NCBI GenBank assembly: GCA_963701855.1
Contig: CAVPBK010000005.1
Location: 1 to 64,000, forward strand
Source: Nitrospirota bacterium
GTDB taxonomy: Bacteria; Nitrospirota; Nitrospiria; Nitrospirales; Nitrospiraceae
Length of the DNA: 64,000 bases
Direction: 5' to 3'
Part shown: positions 33,986 through 45,292 of the stretch, in pieces
How the letters are laid out: each line of letters opens with the position of its first letter
How positions within the stretch are numbered: the first letter of the stretch is position 1
The notes under the pieces: generated by a model
The model's input: the letters and a program-made list of their open reading frames with translations, nothing else
What the model was told of the DNA's origin: nothing
Databases searched by the model: none
Translations under genes and position numbers: made by a program

Positions 33986-35398
33986 TTAGCGGCTGATAAC
34001 GAGAAAGTCGCCGGGTCGAATTGTCTGGCTGGAGAGGCTATTCTTTGTTTGGAGTGTCTTAACCGGGATACGAAATCGTTTCGAAACTTTTCCCAGTGTG
34101 TCTCCCGTACGGACCTTATACCAGCGAGAGGATCCGGCAGTGACAAACTGAGCCTTTGCAGGAAGTTGTGGGAACTTATAAGTCGGGATGCGGTCAAGCA
34201 GCTGTTCCACATTCGCTTTCGTTCCCACTGGAACCTTCAGGTGGTAGGTTTCGTCGCCGGGGGGTGTCGCGTCTCGACGCAGCTCAGGATTTAAGAGCCG
34301 GAGCTCTTCATAAGGAATGCCGGTGGCATTGGCGATCGCGCGAAAATGGACTGGTCGTGTGACGATCGCTTCATCGAATTGATGCGGCTCAGCAGATTCC
34401 TGAGTGAAACCATATCGATCGGGGTTCCTCGCGATAATGGTGGCGGCCATAAATCGTGGCACGTATTCTTTCGTCTCACGCCGAATCAATCGTGTTTTCG
34501 AAATCTCAGAAAAGCTTTCGGCCCGGGCTTTGTGGAGCGCTCGCATCACTTTGCCTTCTCCGGCATTGTAGGCAGCCATCGCGAGCGGCCAGGCGCCGAA
34601 GAGGTCGTAGAGATCACGGAGATAACGTGCCGCAGCCACCGTCGACTTGATGGGATCCCGACGTTCATCGACATACGTGTCCACGCGGAGCCCATAGACC
34701 TTGGCCGTTCCCTTCATGAACTGCCAGGGACCCGTGGCTTTAGCTCGTGAGTACGCGTAGGGGTTGAATCCGCTTTCCACTAGGGAGAGGTAGACCAGAT
34801 CGCTGGGAAGATGAAATTCCGTGAAGATTGTTTCGACGAGGGGACGATAACGGCTGAGTCGGAGGAGCCATTGTCCGAAGCGATCGTGGATGGCCGTATT
34901 GAAGTAGCGAATGTGGGCCTGAACCGAAGGATCCATGACAATTGGAACATTGTAGCTCGCATACTCCGTCTGATCTGCGGCATTTCCGGAAGAGTCTTGT
35001 GTCTGAGCCAGTTCAGCCGGAGGGTTCAAGGCGTCTGAAAACCGTGCGGTTGCCGGTGAGTTTCCCGCTGGGTTCAGTTGTAAGAGGTCTTCAGCTCGTG
35101 GAACGCTACTAGTTGTGGCTGTGCGACGGTTTGAGGCTTCCAGTGGCGGGCCGTCGGTATCGACTGGGACCAGATTTGCGTCTGGGTCGTCGTCCGTTAC
35201 TGTATTCTCATCCACAAGCGTAGATGGGTCAACCGTAACGGGTTCGGAAGGAGTTGCAGCCTGCACCAATATAATAGTAGGAGCGGAGAGGCTCACCCAT
35301 ACTCCGAGGAGGAGCGCTATCAGGAGGACGACATGTCCTGGCCTGAGAGGCGTCACCCAAGCGCGGCGGCGATCAGTCTGGTGTGGGAGGTTTGTCAT
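33986..35398 (-). CDS. LysM-domain lytic transglycosylase (MltD-like)
   Basis: LVESGFNP, ATGPWQFM, AAYNAGE, ETKEYVP and a C-terminal LysM (YKVRTGDTL). Confidence 0.9.
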   Translation of the reverse strand: MTNLPHQTDRRRAWVTPLRPGHVVLLIALLLGVWVSLSAPTIILVQAATPSEPVTVDPSTLVDENTVTDDDPDANLVPVDTDGPPLEASNRRTATTSSVPRAEDLLQLNPAGNSPATARFSDALNPPAELAQTQDSSGNAADQTEYASYNVPIVMDPSVQAHIRYFNTAIHDRFGQWLLRLSRYRPLVETIFTEFHLPSDLVYLSLVESGFNPYAYSRAKATGPWQFMKGTAKVYGLRVDTYVDERRDPIKSTVAAARYLRDLYDLFGAWPLAMAAYNAGEGKVMRALHKARAESFSEISKTRLIRRETKEYVPRFMAATIIARNPDRYGFTQESAEPHQFDEAIVTRPVHFRAIANATGIPYEELRLLNPELRRDATPPGDETYHLKVPVGTKANVEQLLDRIPTYKFPQLPAKAQFVTAGSSRWYKVRTGDTLGKVSKRFRIPVKTLQTKNSLSSQTIRPGDFLVISR

Positions 35399-35670
35399 GA
35401 TCTGTGAGGCTAGACTATCGATGGACTGCGTTCGTGTCAAGGAGTTGCAAAGAGAATGAGATCCCTTCTTTAGTAAGACAGGGCAGGCGTTCCATCGTTG
35501 ATACAAAAATTGCAAGTGGAATTCCTGTCGGTATCGAAGCGTCCCAACAGTCTGAAGGCGTGTGTTTCTACACGGGGCCTTGCCTTGACAGCTTTTGGAG
35601 GTCAATGGTATCGTCCCTCCTTCCCAGGCAAGATTTTTCACGTCTTTATCCGGCTTAGGAGGATCAGTCG

Positions 35671-36810
35671 ATGCTGAAGCGGTATTTGCTGGCTCCCGGT
35701 CCGACGCCCGTGCCACCCGAAGTGCTGCTGGCCATGGCTCAGCCCATGTTCCATCACCGCGCTCCCGAGTTCGACAAAGTGTTCGCGGAGGTCCGTGATG
35801 GACTGAAGTGGCTATTCCAAACGAAAAACAACGTGCTTATGCTGGCGGCTTCAGGAACCGGAGGCATGGAAGGCTCCGTGTCCAACTTTCTCTCGCCTGG
35901 CGACAAGGCCCTCACCATTAATGGAGGGAAGTTTGGGGAGAGATGGACCAAGCTCTGTAAGACGTTCGGTGCCGAGGTAACCGAAATCAAGGTGGAATGG
36001 GGGCGAGCCGTCGATCCTCAAGTGGTGGCCGATGCGCTGAAAAAAAATCCGGGAATTAAAGCGGTATATGTGCAGGCGAGTGAGACCTCCACCGGTGTGG
36101 CGCACGATATCAAAGCGCTTGCGGAGATCGTGAAGCCCTATGGCGAAACCATTCTTGTGGTGGATGCCATTACCGCCCTCGGAGTGTTCGACATCAAGAC
36201 CGATGAGTGGGGGATCGATGTCGTGGTTACAGGGTCGCAAAAGGCATTGATGCTTCCGCCAGGCCTGGCATTTGTGAGCGTGAGCGATAAAGCCTGGCAG
36301 TTGGCAGAGAAAGCGAAGAACACGGCGTTCTATTTCAATTTTAAGAAAGAGCAGGAAAATCAGCTAAAAAATCAGACGGCCTATACGCCGGCAGTGTCTC
36401 TCATTGTCGGCTTGCAGGAAGTGTTGAAGATGATGCGGGCCGAAGGGCTCGATGGGCTGTTCGGACGTCAAGCTATGCTCGCAAAGGCCATGCGCGAAGG
36501 GATGCAAGGTGCCGGGCTCGCGTTGTTTCCCAAAGAGTCTCCCAGCGATGCCCTCACCGCCGTATTAGCTCCAGAAGGTGTGGATGGGCAGGCTATCTAC
36601 AAAAACTTGCGTGTCCAATACGGCATGACAGCGGCCGGCGGACAAGACCATTTAAAAGGGAAAATCTTCCGGGTCTCCCACATGGGTTACATGGACCGTT
36701 TTGATATCATCATGGCCGTGGCAGCCGTTGAAATGGTGCTCAAAGGGCTAGGACATCCTGTGAAGCTTGGCAGCGGCGTCGCGAAGGCGCAAGAAATTCT
36801 TATGGCATAG
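35671..36810 (+). CDS. Class V PLP aminotransferase (alanine-glyoxylate/serine-pyruvate family)
   Basis: LLAPGPTPVP, SGTGGME, ETSTGV, GSQKALM and FRVSHMG. Confidence 0.92.
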   Translation: MLKRYLLAPGPTPVPPEVLLAMAQPMFHHRAPEFDKVFAEVRDGLKWLFQTKNNVLMLAASGTGGMEGSVSNFLSPGDKALTINGGKFGERWTKLCKTFGAEVTEIKVEWGRAVDPQVVADALKKNPGIKAVYVQASETSTGVAHDIKALAEIVKPYGETILVVDAITALGVFDIKTDEWGIDVVVTGSQKALMLPPGLAFVSVSDKAWQLAEKAKNTAFYFNFKKEQENQLKNQTAYTPAVSLIVGLQEVLKMMRAEGLDGLFGRQAMLAKAMREGMQGAGLALFPKESPSDALTAVLAPEGVDGQAIYKNLRVQYGMTAAGGQDHLKGKIFRVSHMGYMDRFDIIMAVAAVEMVLKGLGHPVKLGSGVAKAQEILMA

Positions 36811-36848
36811 GGATTTCATCTCGAAACTCTTACGATAGGGCAGACACA

Positions 36849-38438
36849 ATGGGAATGAAAATCCTCATCAGCGATAGCTTGTCGAAGCAGGGCGTGGAGT
36901 TGCTGGAACAGGCTGGATTCACTGTCGTCGTGAAATCCAAGATGCTGAAAGAGGAGTTATTCAAGGAGATTAAGGACGCCGATGGATTGATCGTGCGGTC
37001 CGGCACCAAGGTGACGGAGGAACTGATTGCGGCAGCCGAAAAATTGAAAGTTGTCGGGAGGGCCGGGTCAGGGCTGGACAATGTCGATACGCCTGCAGCG
37101 ACCCGCCGAGGGATCGTGGTCATGAACACACCGGGCGGCAATACCGTCACGACTGCTGAGCATACGATGTCGATGATCTGGGCAATGAGCCGTCGCATTC
37201 CCCAAGCGACCGCATCTGTAAAGGCCGGCAAGTGGGAAAAAGACAAATTTATGGGCGTCGAGCTCTACAACAAGGTGCTCGGCATCGTCGGCGCGGGGCA
37301 AATCGGCAGCCATCTTACGAAACTGGCACAGGGAATCGGCATGAATGTCATCGCCTACGATCCCTATTTGTCCGAGGAGCGCGCGCAGAAGATGGGTGTG
37401 ACCATGATGCCCTTGGATGAACTCTTCAAGCGTGCCGATATCATCTCTGTCCACACGCCGTTGACGCCTGAGACTAAGGGCCTCATCAATGCGCAATCGA
37501 TTTCGACGATGAAGCCAGGGGTGATGATTGTGAATTGTGCCCGAGGCGGGATTATTCATGAGGGTGATCTGTTTGAAGCGTTGAAGGTCAAGCGTGTGGC
37601 GGCGGCGGCCTTCGACGTATTTGAAGAAGAGCCGGTGAAGGCAGACCATCCCTTGTTGGCACTGGATAATTTTATCTGTACTCCGCATATCGGAGCTCAG
37701 ACGACCGAGGCGCAAGAGAATGTGGCCGTCGGCATCGCAGAGCAAATCGTCGATTACTTTACTAAGGGCATTGCCCGTGGGGCGGTCAATATCCCGTCTG
37801 TCTCTCCGGAATTACTCCCGAGGCTTCAGCCCTACTTGTCGTTAGCCGAGCAGCTTGGGAAGTTGCAAACGCAGCTGTGTGAAGGCGGGCTTGAGCGCGT
37901 GACCGTCGAATACAGCGGAGAGGTGGCAAGTCTATCGATCGCGCCGCTTACGATTGCGGTGTTGAAGGGATTGCTGAGCCCGGTGATGGAAGCGCCAGTG
38001 AACTATGTGAACGCGCCGGTTGTCGCAAAGGAACGTGGGATTGAAGTGAAGGAAGTAAAGAGCTCCGATGCGGGAGATTTCACCAGCTTGATTCGTGTGC
38101 GAGTGGAGGCCGGTAAGAAATCGTATCAGGTGGCCGGCACACTCTTTCACAAAAGAGATCCTCGCGTCGTGGAGATCGATCAATTCAATGTTGAAGTAGT
38201 GCCGGAAGGACACATGCTCCTGATCCTCAACATCGATCGTCCAGGGGTGATCGGGATGGTTGGGAAAGTGCTCGGCGACAACCTGATCAACATCGTCAGG
38301 ATGCAATGCGCGCTTGAGAAGCGGGGAGGGAACGCGATGCTCATCATTGGCTCCGATGCGGTCTTCCCTGATAAGGTGCTTGAGACGATCAAATCCAGCA
38401 AAGACATTCTCTCAGTCAAAGTCGCGGCTCTGTCCTAA
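36849..38438 (+). CDS. serA: D-3-phosphoglycerate dehydrogenase (with ASB/ACT domains)
   Basis: GRAGSGLDNVD, GAGQIG, NCARGG, TPHIGA and ACT DRPGVIG. Confidence 0.95.
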   Translation: MGMKILISDSLSKQGVELLEQAGFTVVVKSKMLKEELFKEIKDADGLIVRSGTKVTEELIAAAEKLKVVGRAGSGLDNVDTPAATRRGIVVMNTPGGNTVTTAEHTMSMIWAMSRRIPQATASVKAGKWEKDKFMGVELYNKVLGIVGAGQIGSHLTKLAQGIGMNVIAYDPYLSEERAQKMGVTMMPLDELFKRADIISVHTPLTPETKGLINAQSISTMKPGVMIVNCARGGIIHEGDLFEALKVKRVAAAAFDVFEEEPVKADHPLLALDNFICTPHIGAQTTEAQENVAVGIAEQIVDYFTKGIARGAVNIPSVSPELLPRLQPYLSLAEQLGKLQTQLCEGGLERVTVEYSGEVASLSIAPLTIAVLKGLLSPVMEAPVNYVNAPVVAKERGIEVKEVKSSDAGDFTSLIRVRVEAGKKSYQVAGTLFHKRDPRVVEIDQFNVEVVPEGHMLLILNIDRPGVIGMVGKVLGDNLINIVRMQCALEKRGGNAMLIIGSDAVFPDKVLETIKSSKDILSVKVAALS

Positions 38439-38465
38439 CCCCGCGCGCTATCAATCAGGTCAGCC

Positions 38466-39872
38466 ATGATCTCCGCTCCTCCGAAGCCTCGTCTTTCTTC
38501 GGGGCAGGCTTCATCGTCCCGCGAGCGCTCGCTTGTTCCTGTGGGCATGGCGACGATTCTTCCTCACGCGGCGAAACAGGTCCGCCGCCTTGAGGAACAA
38601 CTGCTTGCTCAAGTCAACCGGTGGGGCTACGATGAGATCATTCTCCCCACGTTCGAGTATCTCGACGTCTTGGCTCCAGGGCTTGAGCCTGAACTCATCG
38701 AGCACTGCTATCAATTTGTCGATCGGACAACAGGGCGGACGCTGCTCCTCCGTCCGGATGCCACGGCGCAGATCGCCAGGACGGTTGCGACGGGGCTTAC
38801 AGGCGCGACGTTGCCGTTGCGTCTTTCCTATCGAACGTCTGTGTTCCGCTATGAGCAGGAGCACGCCGGGCGAGGCCGAGAAATTTTTCAAGTTGGAGCC
38901 GAGCTCATCGGGCTAGACGATGTCACAAGCGACAGCGAAGTGATCGGTTTGATGATCGAGTGTCTTCGCACAGTCGGTTTACAGTCGTTTAAAGTTTGTC
39001 TCGGACATGTGGGCTTTATTAAGGGACTCCTGATGCGATCCGGACTGTCTATGCAGGGGCAGAAGTTGGCTGAGCAGGCAGCGGCGCGAAAGGATCTGCC
39101 GAGACTCGAAGAGGTCCTGGCCGGCGAGCGTATCTCCAAAACGGCGGCGCGTGCCATTCGGGAAGCGCCTGAGCTGTACGGTCAAGAGGGAGTGTTGGCA
39201 CGCGGACGGGTTCTCGCGGCTGGCGATCCGGCATTGATTGCTCCGCTCGAACGGCTTGCCCAGGTGTATCAATTGCTTTGTGCTGCAGGCCATCGGGAAT
39301 CGCTGCTTCTGGATCTGGGAGAGTTTCGCGGGTTCGATTATTACGATGGTGTCGTGTTTGACGTATTTGCCGAAGGGATGGGGGCGGAGTTGGGTGGCGG
39401 TGGACGGTACGATCACTTGATCGGCCGATTTGGAAGGCCATTGCCCTCAACCGGTTTCGGATTAGATGTCGATCGTCTCTTCCACACGATAGAATTTCCA
39501 GAGGAGGGATCGGTGGCGGCGCGAGTGGATTATCTTGTCGCCGGTCCACGCCGGGCTATGCGTCGATTGACAGCGGTTGTAGCCCAGTTGCGTCGGACTC
39601 CCTCCCGAATAGTGCAGCAGACCATGAAGGGGAGCGACTCGGCGCTTGTGGCTGGCGCAGTAGCGGCCGGGTTGGCCCAGCAGGCCGCATTTGTGGTCGT
39701 GGTTGGGGCGCCAGGAACGGGTTCTGATGAGGTACTGGTGGTTGAATCCTTCGCGGCTCATAGGCAGGGCGGTCGAGCCCGCAATCTAAGCCGTCTTTCG
39801 AAGAAGATGGGGGTTGCCGATCTGGTGGCCGCGGCTCGCCGGTTTCGTCGGCAGGTCAAGGAACGGTCATGA
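38466..39872 (+). CDS. hisZ: ATP phosphoribosyltransferase regulatory subunit
   Basis: LRPDATAQIAR, REIFQVGAELIG, LGHVG, YYDGVVF and GGGRYD. Confidence 0.88.
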   Translation: MISAPPKPRLSSGQASSSRERSLVPVGMATILPHAAKQVRRLEEQLLAQVNRWGYDEIILPTFEYLDVLAPGLEPELIEHCYQFVDRTTGRTLLLRPDATAQIARTVATGLTGATLPLRLSYRTSVFRYEQEHAGRGREIFQVGAELIGLDDVTSDSEVIGLMIECLRTVGLQSFKVCLGHVGFIKGLLMRSGLSMQGQKLAEQAAARKDLPRLEEVLAGERISKTAARAIREAPELYGQEGVLARGRVLAAGDPALIAPLERLAQVYQLLCAAGHRESLLLDLGEFRGFDYYDGVVFDVFAEGMGAELGGGGRYDHLIGRFGRPLPSTGFGLDVDRLFHTIEFPEEGSVAARVDYLVAGPRRAMRRLTAVVAQLRRTPSRIVQQTMKGSDSALVAGAVAAGLAQQAAFVVVVGAPGTGSDEVLVVESFAAHRQGGRARNLSRLSKKMGVADLVAAARRFRRQVKERS

Positions 39873-41224
39873 AGTCCATGTCAGCCACCGATCTGTCTCA
39901 GCCAAAACTGCCGCCTCAGAACCTGGAGGCGGAGCAATCAGTTCTCGGCGCAGTCCTCCTTGACAATAGTGCGATGGCCAAGGCGATGGAATTACTGGTC
40001 GAAGAGAACTTCTACCGCACGTCGCATCGGAAGATCTATCGGGCGATGCTGGAATTGTCGGACGTCGGAGAAGTGATCGATCAGATTACGTTGACGGAAC
40101 GGTTGAAGGCGCAGGGAGAAATCGAGGCCATCGGGGGAGCTGCCTATCTAGCAGAACTTGTGCAGAGCGTGGCCAGCTCCGCCAATATTCGCTACCACTG
40201 CAAGATTGTGCGAGACAAGGCGCTGCTGCGAGAGTTGATCCATACCTCCACGGAAGTTCTCACGCGCGGGTACGAAGGCACCTCTTCCGTTGATGACCTG
40301 CTCGATTTCGCGGAGCGGTCGGTGTTCGGCATTGTCCAGGGGAAACTGGATCGGTCGTTCACCCCCATTGATGCCATCATTAAGGAAAGTCTTGAGCTCG
40401 TCGACAAACTGTCAAAGCGAAAGGAACATATCACGGGTGTTCCCACAGGTTTTTACGATCTCGACGATATCACTGCGGGGCTCCAACCGTCCGATCTTGT
40501 GGTGATCGCAGGGCGGCCCAGTATGGGGAAGACCAGCTTGGCGCTGGGGATGGCAGCCCACGCTGCCATTCACGCAGGCACGGTCGTTGGAATTTTTAGT
40601 CTAGAAATGTCGAAGCCGCAGATTGTCCTGCGAATGTTGAGCTCGGAAGCGCGAGTCGATTCGCACGGTCTTCGAACCGGTAAGCTTCAAAAAGAGGATT
40701 GGTGGCGTCTTGCGGAAGCGGCAGGCCGGCTGGAGCAGGCGCCGATCTTTATCGACGATACCGGCGGCATCACCGTGCAGCAGATGCGAGGTAAGGCGCG
40801 TCGGTTGAAAGCCGAACGGGGGCTGGATCTCTTAATTGTCGACTACCTCCAGTTGATGCAGGGGCGGAGCGACTCGGAATCCCGTCAGCAGGAAATCTCC
40901 GATATTTCTCGCTCGCTGAAAGCTTTGGCCAAGGAACTCAACGTGCCGGTCATCGCGCTGTCGCAGCTCAGCCGCGCAGTGGAAGCTCGGAAGCCACCGA
41001 TTCCCATGCTGGCGGATCTTCGCGAAAGTGGTGCGATCGAACAGGATGCCGACGTCGTCATGTTCATCTACCGTGAGGACGTGTATAACCAGGATTCAGA
41101 ACGGAAGGGCATTGCTGATATTCTCGTGCTCAAACATCGCAACGGTCCGATTGGGAGAAAGGAACTGCTCTTTCATGACCGCTTTGCGAAGTTCGAGAGC
41201 CTCGACAACCGAGAAGTCGTTTGA
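39869..41224 (+). CDS. dnaB: Replicative DNA helicase
   Basis: EAEQSVLG, AGRPSMGKT, DYLQLM and DLRESGAIEQDAD. No intein. Confidence 0.97.
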   Translation: MKSMSATDLSQPKLPPQNLEAEQSVLGAVLLDNSAMAKAMELLVEENFYRTSHRKIYRAMLELSDVGEVIDQITLTERLKAQGEIEAIGGAAYLAELVQSVASSANIRYHCKIVRDKALLRELIHTSTEVLTRGYEGTSSVDDLLDFAERSVFGIVQGKLDRSFTPIDAIIKESLELVDKLSKRKEHITGVPTGFYDLDDITAGLQPSDLVVIAGRPSMGKTSLALGMAAHAAIHAGTVVGIFSLEMSKPQIVLRMLSSEARVDSHGLRTGKLQKEDWWRLAEAAGRLEQAPIFIDDTGGITVQQMRGKARRLKAERGLDLLIVDYLQLMQGRSDSESRQQEISDISRSLKALAKELNVPVIALSQLSRAVEARKPPIPMLADLRESGAIEQDADVVMFIYREDVYNQDSERKGIADILVLKHRNGPIGRKELLFHDRFAKFESLDNREVV

Positions 41225-43134
41225 CCCTGTGTCACCCCACTCGTATAATCTTTCTCACCATCACAATCTTATCCGAATCTACCAAGAGGATGCTCCGAGT
41301 GCCCACGACAAGCTTCATGCCGAGCCGGACGGAGAATCACCGAAGTCTTACGGTGCTCTCTCGCGTGATTTGTGCGTTGGTCTCCCTAATGGTGGTAGCC
41401 TGCGCCGCCGAGCCGCGGATCTCTGATAAGATGGCTGCCCCTTCCGGCACGACCAAGACTACGCCCTCGATTCATCCCCCCGATGCTGTTGCGTCCTATC
41501 ATTTCATGCTGGGGTACCAAGCCGAGCTTGCGCAGGATATGGATCGTGCGATTCGGGAATATCAGGCCGCGTTGAAGGCAGATCCGGCGTCCCAGTCTGT
41601 AAAAGCTCGGCTGGCCGGTCTCTATTTTTCGTTGGGCGATATGCCCAATGCTGTGCGCTATGCTGATCAAGCGGTAGAGGGGCCTAGCCAAGAGGGACAG
41701 CTGCTCACGCAGATGGCAGGTATTTTAGCCAGTGCAGGGCAAGGGGAACGTGCGCTGAAATTGTTGGATCGCGCGATCGAGACCGATCCGACCGTGAGCG
41801 ATCCCTATTTTACAAAGGGTCTCTTGCTTCTGAGTTTGAAGCGGCAGCCCGAAGCGGAACAGGCCATTCGAGCGGGCTTGGCGCGGTCTCCAGAATCTGC
41901 CGTCGGCCATTATCACCTGGGGCGGATACTCCTTGATGCGGGGAAAGGGGAAGAGGCGGCGACGAGCTTGGAGCGGGCGATTGCGGTCAATGCTTCATTT
42001 GAACCGGCCTATCTTGCGCTCGCCTCGATCTATGAGTCGCGGCAGGCCCAGGATCGAGCGATTGCCGTGCTACGAAAATATCTTCAGTCGGTGAACCCTC
42101 GAAGCCGGGACATCCGGCACCAGTTGGTTCGGCTCTATGTGGCAAAGAAAGATTATGAGGGCGCCAGGAAGGAACTCAATGATTTGTTAGCGGAAGACCC
42201 TTCGGACCTCGATGCCCAGCTTCGACTGGCAATTCTGTATGGGGAAGAGAAGGACTATCCCAAGGCCATAGACCAGCTGATCAAGATTCTCAAGGCGCGC
42301 CCGACGGAGCTCAAGATCAGAGATTACCTTGGATATATCTATGAGGAATCCAAGGATACGAAGAAGGCGATCGAGACGTATACGTTTAACGTGCAACTTG
42401 AGCCGTCCTACTTCGAAGGGCATCTGCATCTCGGCCTCTTGTTCTATCGATTGAAGCAATTTCCTGAGGCCATCACGCACTTAACCAAAGCTATTACGAT
42501 TAATCCAAAACAGCCCGAAGCCCACATCGTGCTGGGATTGACCTATTTGCAGAATGACCAGTTCGACGACGCGGCAAGGGCCTTGGAAGAAGGCATCAGC
42601 CAGAACCCCAAAAGCGCCGATTTGTACTTCAATCTTGGCACGGTCTACGACAAGCTCAATCGATTCGAAGATGTCGTGCGCGTCATGGAGGCCGCAATCA
42701 AGCTGGACCCCCATCATGCCGATGCGCTCAACTATCTGGGGTATAGCTACGCAGAGAGGGGAGTCAAGATCGACCAAGCACTTTCCTTGACCAAGCGGGC
42801 TGTCGCACTCAAACCGAGCAATGGGTACTATATCGATAGCCTCGCCTGGGCCTTGTTTAAATCCGGCTCGTTCACCGAGGCCTTAACGGAGATGCAGCGC
42901 GCTGTGGCGCTCGCAGGGGATGACCCGGTACTCTATGAGCATCTCGGGGATATTTATGCTAAACAACAGAAATTCTCAGACGCCCGTGAGTCCTGGCTCC
43001 ATGCGCTAGAGCTTGACCCGTCAAATAGTAAGTTGATGGACCGATTCCGTGAACTGGGGATGGGTGACCCGACCCAAGAAGAACGTATCCAACAGGCCAA
43101 ACGCCGTGTATCCGAGAAGATAAATGCTCAGTAA
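41221..43134 (+). CDS. Large TPR-repeat (lipo)protein; start uncertain
   Basis: VVAC lipobox-like motif, many TPRs, ALNYLGYSYAE and YIDSLAW. Confidence 0.85.
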   Translation: MTLCHPTRIIFLTITILSESTKRMLRVPTTSFMPSRTENHRSLTVLSRVICALVSLMVVACAAEPRISDKMAAPSGTTKTTPSIHPPDAVASYHFMLGYQAELAQDMDRAIREYQAALKADPASQSVKARLAGLYFSLGDMPNAVRYADQAVEGPSQEGQLLTQMAGILASAGQGERALKLLDRAIETDPTVSDPYFTKGLLLLSLKRQPEAEQAIRAGLARSPESAVGHYHLGRILLDAGKGEEAATSLERAIAVNASFEPAYLALASIYESRQAQDRAIAVLRKYLQSVNPRSRDIRHQLVRLYVAKKDYEGARKELNDLLAEDPSDLDAQLRLAILYGEEKDYPKAIDQLIKILKARPTELKIRDYLGYIYEESKDTKKAIETYTFNVQLEPSYFEGHLHLGLLFYRLKQFPEAITHLTKAITINPKQPEAHIVLGLTYLQNDQFDDAARALEEGISQNPKSADLYFNLGTVYDKLNRFEDVVRVMEAAIKLDPHHADALNYLGYSYAERGVKIDQALSLTKRAVALKPSNGYYIDSLAWALFKSGSFTEALTEMQRAVALAGDDPVLYEHLGDIYAKQQKFSDARESWLHALELDPSNSKLMDRFRELGMGDPTQEERIQQAKRRVSEKINAQ

Positions 43135-43506
43135 TACAGCTTTTGTCTGTAGCCTAGTCCTGGTTTCCTCCTTTTATCCTCTCTGCTGACATTGATTCCA
43201 TTTACAGCCCTCTCCCTGAGTCATCTGCGCTGCATATGACAAGCTGTTTCGACTCAGCCTTCTTACGCTAAGTAGCTGCTTCCTCAGAATATTTTCCCAT
43301 GCAGATAATGAATTCCTTTGGCTGCCCTCCTCCCTGGAGAGAAAGTGGAAGGCGTCACAGGCCCCTTACACTGGATGACAAATATTGGCAGATCAGAGCA
43401 AAAGAGGGAGAGATGATTTCCAATCGCTGTTTGTTTCACAGCAGATAACAATCATAACTATTTGATATTGATGACGACTTAATATTTCATGGCCTGGCCA
43501 TGTACC

Positions 43507-43522
43507 GGGCATCGAACCTGCT
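43507..43522 (+). promoter_or_regulatory. Putative sigma54 (-24/-12) promoter of the pilin gene
   Basis: GGGCATCGAACCTGCT fits GG-N10-GC about 100 nt upstream of the pilin ATG. TGACAAATATTGGCA at ~43376 is a possible activator site. Confidence 0.55.
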
Positions 43523-43618
43523 AGAGGGCATGGGTAAGGAAATCGGATACGAGTTCCGATGAACTAGAAGCAAGGATGTGAAGGGGAGTCAGTGAACCAT
43601 CAACAAGGAGGCAGTACG

Positions 43619-44227
43619 ATGTTTAAGGCATTGCGGAAACAGGAGGGTTTTACCCTCATCGAGTTGATGATCGTCGTGGCGATCATCGGGATCTTGGCGG
43701 CCATCGCCATCCCGAACTTCCTGACATATCAGATGAAGTCACGCCAGTCCGAGGCGAAAACCAACCTCCAGGCGATCAAAACCTCCGAAGTCTCCTTCCA
43801 GGCGGAGCGAGGTTGTTACGTTGGAGTGAGTGTAGAGGGTGTGATGCACCTGCAGCTGGTACTAAATCAATTCCATATACCTGGATGGCTGGTCTTGGCC
43901 CATCTGGTGCCGCTACCAATTGGTGTGTTGCTGGTGGTACGTTTGGGACGGCATTTTTTAACGATATTGGGTTTAAGGCAACTGGCAATGTGAATTATCA
44001 GTATGGAGTAGATTCAACGGTGGCCCCGGCCTTGGGGACTGGAAATGGGTATACCCCGCTAACTTCTTGTCCCTTAGCCATTGCTGGGACTGCTGCTGTC
44101 GGACTCCCTATCCAAAACGACTTTGTTGCGGCGGCTAAAAGCCAATTTGGATGGCGATCCCAATATTTCAACCTGGGATTCCACGGTTGACCATGGCGCC
44201 AACGATTGTACAACCGGTGTGTTCTAG
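43619..44227 (+). CDS. pilA: Type IV major pilin with two apparent frameshifts (~43840, ~44142)
   Basis: RBS AGGAGG. KQEG|FTLIELMIVVAIIGILAAIAIP prepilin motif. The C-terminus continues in shifted frames to NLDGD...DCTTGVF*. Confidence 0.85.
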
Positions 44228-44239
44228 ACGGTTGTAGGT

Positions 44240-45289
44240 ATGGTCTCGGAGGTCCCGGCAGCCATTCGATGGCTGCCGGGACCTTCCGTTTTATTCATTC
44301 TTCCCGGTCTGTCTCTTATGACGGTCTCATCAGCCTTACATCATCGCGGTACATCGATCGCAAATCAGTTTCTGCTTGGCATAGCGAGGATTTCTATTAC
44401 TGGCCTCCGTCGGCTGGCTGCAAGGGGAGCTCGATCGAGCGGCAGGATCGAACGGTCGTGCAGATCGAAGGTCTCGCGCAGCTTCCCAAGGGCGAATATC
44501 TGAAACCAGCCTTGCTCGGCTATCACCACTTAGGTGCCGATCTCCTCTGGCTCAAGCTGGTACAGGTGATGGGGAATAAACGAAATAGCGAAGACGAATA
44601 TGAGTGGATGTATCACGCCCTGGACGTAATCACCACGCTCGACCCTGCAATATGCCTACGCCTACTATGCGGGCGGCGTCATCCTGGGCGATCTCGCGAA
44701 CCGCCCGGACTTGAGTAATCGGCTGCTTGAAAGGGGTGTCACCGCGAATCCAGACGTCTGGAACATTCCCTTTCTGCTCGGGTACAACTACTACTTTCTG
44801 CTCGGCGATCCAGCCAAGGGAGCGGAGTATATTATGGAGGCGGCCCGTCGGCCGGATGGCCCGTCCTATCTCCCAGGGCTCGCCACCCGCATGGCGGCGG
44901 AGGCAGGGAGTCCAGACACGGCCTTGGCGTTTCTTGAAGCCCGTTTGCGGGAGACACAAGATCCGGAGATGCGAGAAGTCTTGGCCAATCGGATGAAAGA
45001 AGTTACTATTGAACGGGATCTTCGCATACTGGAGAACGCTGTGGAAGCCTATCGGACGCAACATCGGGCCTTTCCTGCGACGCTCGAGGATCTCGTGGTG
45101 TCGGGAACCCTTCCGATGCTGCCTCAGGAACCGTTTGAAGGAGAATATCGATTAGATCCCAAGACCGGTTCGGTCTCCAGTTCGACGCATCCAGAACGGC
45201 TGCGCACGTTTTTCAAACGTAAACAGCCTATCTACACCCTTTTTCCGAAGATAGAGCCGGCCTACAGTTTCCCCAGGACTTGGGAGTGA
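44240..45289 (+). CDS. Pilin-locus accessory protein (TPR-like), frameshifted
   Basis: ADLLWLKLVQ...VITTLDP / YAYYAGGVIL...LLERG...WNIPFLLGYNYYF...LPQEPFEGEY, split across frames. Confidence 0.65.
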
Positions 45290-45292
45290 GCC

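Noticed and set aside
39869..41224. Intein in dnaB
   Set aside because: Normal 451-aa length with contiguous motifs.
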